Shown one piece after another: positions 62,707-64,000 of a stretch of DNA of 64,000 bases. The notes below the pieces were generated by a model. It was given only the letters and a program-made list of their open reading frames with translations. It did not search any database and was not told the origin of the DNA. Source of the stretch: Eledone cirrhosa (Eukaryota); assembly GCA_964016885.1 (NCBI GenBank), contig OZ024747.1, positions 31,434,001-31,498,000 of the forward strand, read 5' to 3'. The translations under genes and the position numbers were made by a program. How positions within the stretch are numbered: the first letter of the stretch is position 1; each line of letters opens with the position of its first letter.

Positions 62707-64000
62707 TAGCTTGATTAACAATAATACCATGATTGATCGACATGCAAAAGATATCAGCTAACTCTCCTGTGAATCACACCAACTCATCTTAAAAAGTGAA
62801 TAAGGCATTGAATAAAATATTCTTTAATTATAATTTAAAAAAGATGAAATAGACACAACTTTGATTATGAGTCTATTTAATCAGGGCTCACTTAGGGTTA
62901 AGCAACATGAACAGAAACAACAATAAAACGAGGGAGAAAACAGAAAGTGTGCCTAATGATACAGCAAATAAGCTGTGATAGGATATTAACCAAAATAATG
63001 ATATTAAAGAATTGGGTAGAAGCATGTCTGTGGTAAAGAAGTTAGTTGCCCTATAGGATAACAGGTTCAGACCTATGGTAAGTTTCTTTACCTTAGTTTC
63101 AAGCTGACAAATGACTTGTGAATAGACAATGGTAGAAAAAGTACTGAGTCCAACCTGTCAGTTGATTGTTTTGGTGTCATAACAAAAAGCGCCCAGTCCA
63201 CAGTGTAAAGTGGTTGTGTAGTGTCATGAAAAAAAAGCACCCTGTCCATGCTATAAATGGGGTTGATGTTAGGAAAGGCATCCAGCCACAGAAACCAGTC
63301 CTGTGTGAGTAACATATTATCATCTGATCTGACTTGTCTCACAGTGGGGAAACTCATCTAACCCATGCTATCGTGGAAAAATAAACATTAAACGAAGATG
63401 ATGACGATGAAACTCTGCAGAGTGTGTGTGCATGTATGTCTGGATTTGTGAGTGTGTGTGCATGCATATGTGCGCATATGTTTAGGCATATGTATGTGTG
63501 GATATGCATTGTGTGTGTGTGTATGTGAGAGCATATATCTTTTCAAGATGTATATGAACAAACATATTACTATTAGCAAGTAAAGTGATAAACCAGTGTT
63601 TCTAAACAAAAAAATAACTTGTGGTATTTGTTCTGCCTAAGTTATATAGACACTCCCTTATCATTCTCACTAATTTTCCATGCAGTGAAGCTGTAATTGG
63701 CTTACTGGAAATCTGTAACCAACAAAGAATGCTATCAGTCTCAAAATGTGATACAAAATAAACACAAAAATATATATATAAATCAATAACTGGTAACCAT
63801 ATCGATGTTGCTACTGTGATTCTCATAAGTGATTTGGGAAGTGTCTAAATACAGTGGCTGTGCTTCATGAATTCTTTACAGAAGCTTTTCTTCTGGCTAA
63901 TCACCAGGCTTCTGATGCTAAGAGCAGAAAACTACAAATAAAGAATCATGCTAGAGCATAACTTAGTTTCTCTCATTAGGGCCCATAAGATTTGTTAGCT

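Overview
AT-rich, repeat-saturated animal genomic DNA, most likely an octopus/coleoid cephalopod (inferred from the RTE, SINE and (TA)n landscape, not confirmed by search). No host protein-coding gene could be supported; most short ORFs in the track are microsatellite or antisense artefacts. The window holds: one apparently intact RTE-clade LINE (ORF 47955-51074: APE endonuclease, RT and a PHD-like C4HC3 finger); truncated copies of several other RTE families; six Penelope-like element (PLE) coding remnants with GIY-YIG endonuclease; two tRNA-derived SINE families; an internally deleted Tc1/mariner element; a small Helitron; and a CR1-type fragment. The main signal outside the ORF track is about 20 hammerhead-ribozyme (HHR) motifs, read by eye on both strands. 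They sit in PLE pseudo-LTRs and in short palindromic non-coding cassettes inserted in (TA)n tracts, and several have family-consistent non-canonical cores. The best candidate for a new system is an ORF-less unit of about 593 nt delimited by HHR cleavage sites (13.55-14.5 kb), with a diverged homolog at 36.9-37.5 kb whose HHR covaries. It resembles a retrozyme or non-autonomous PLE.
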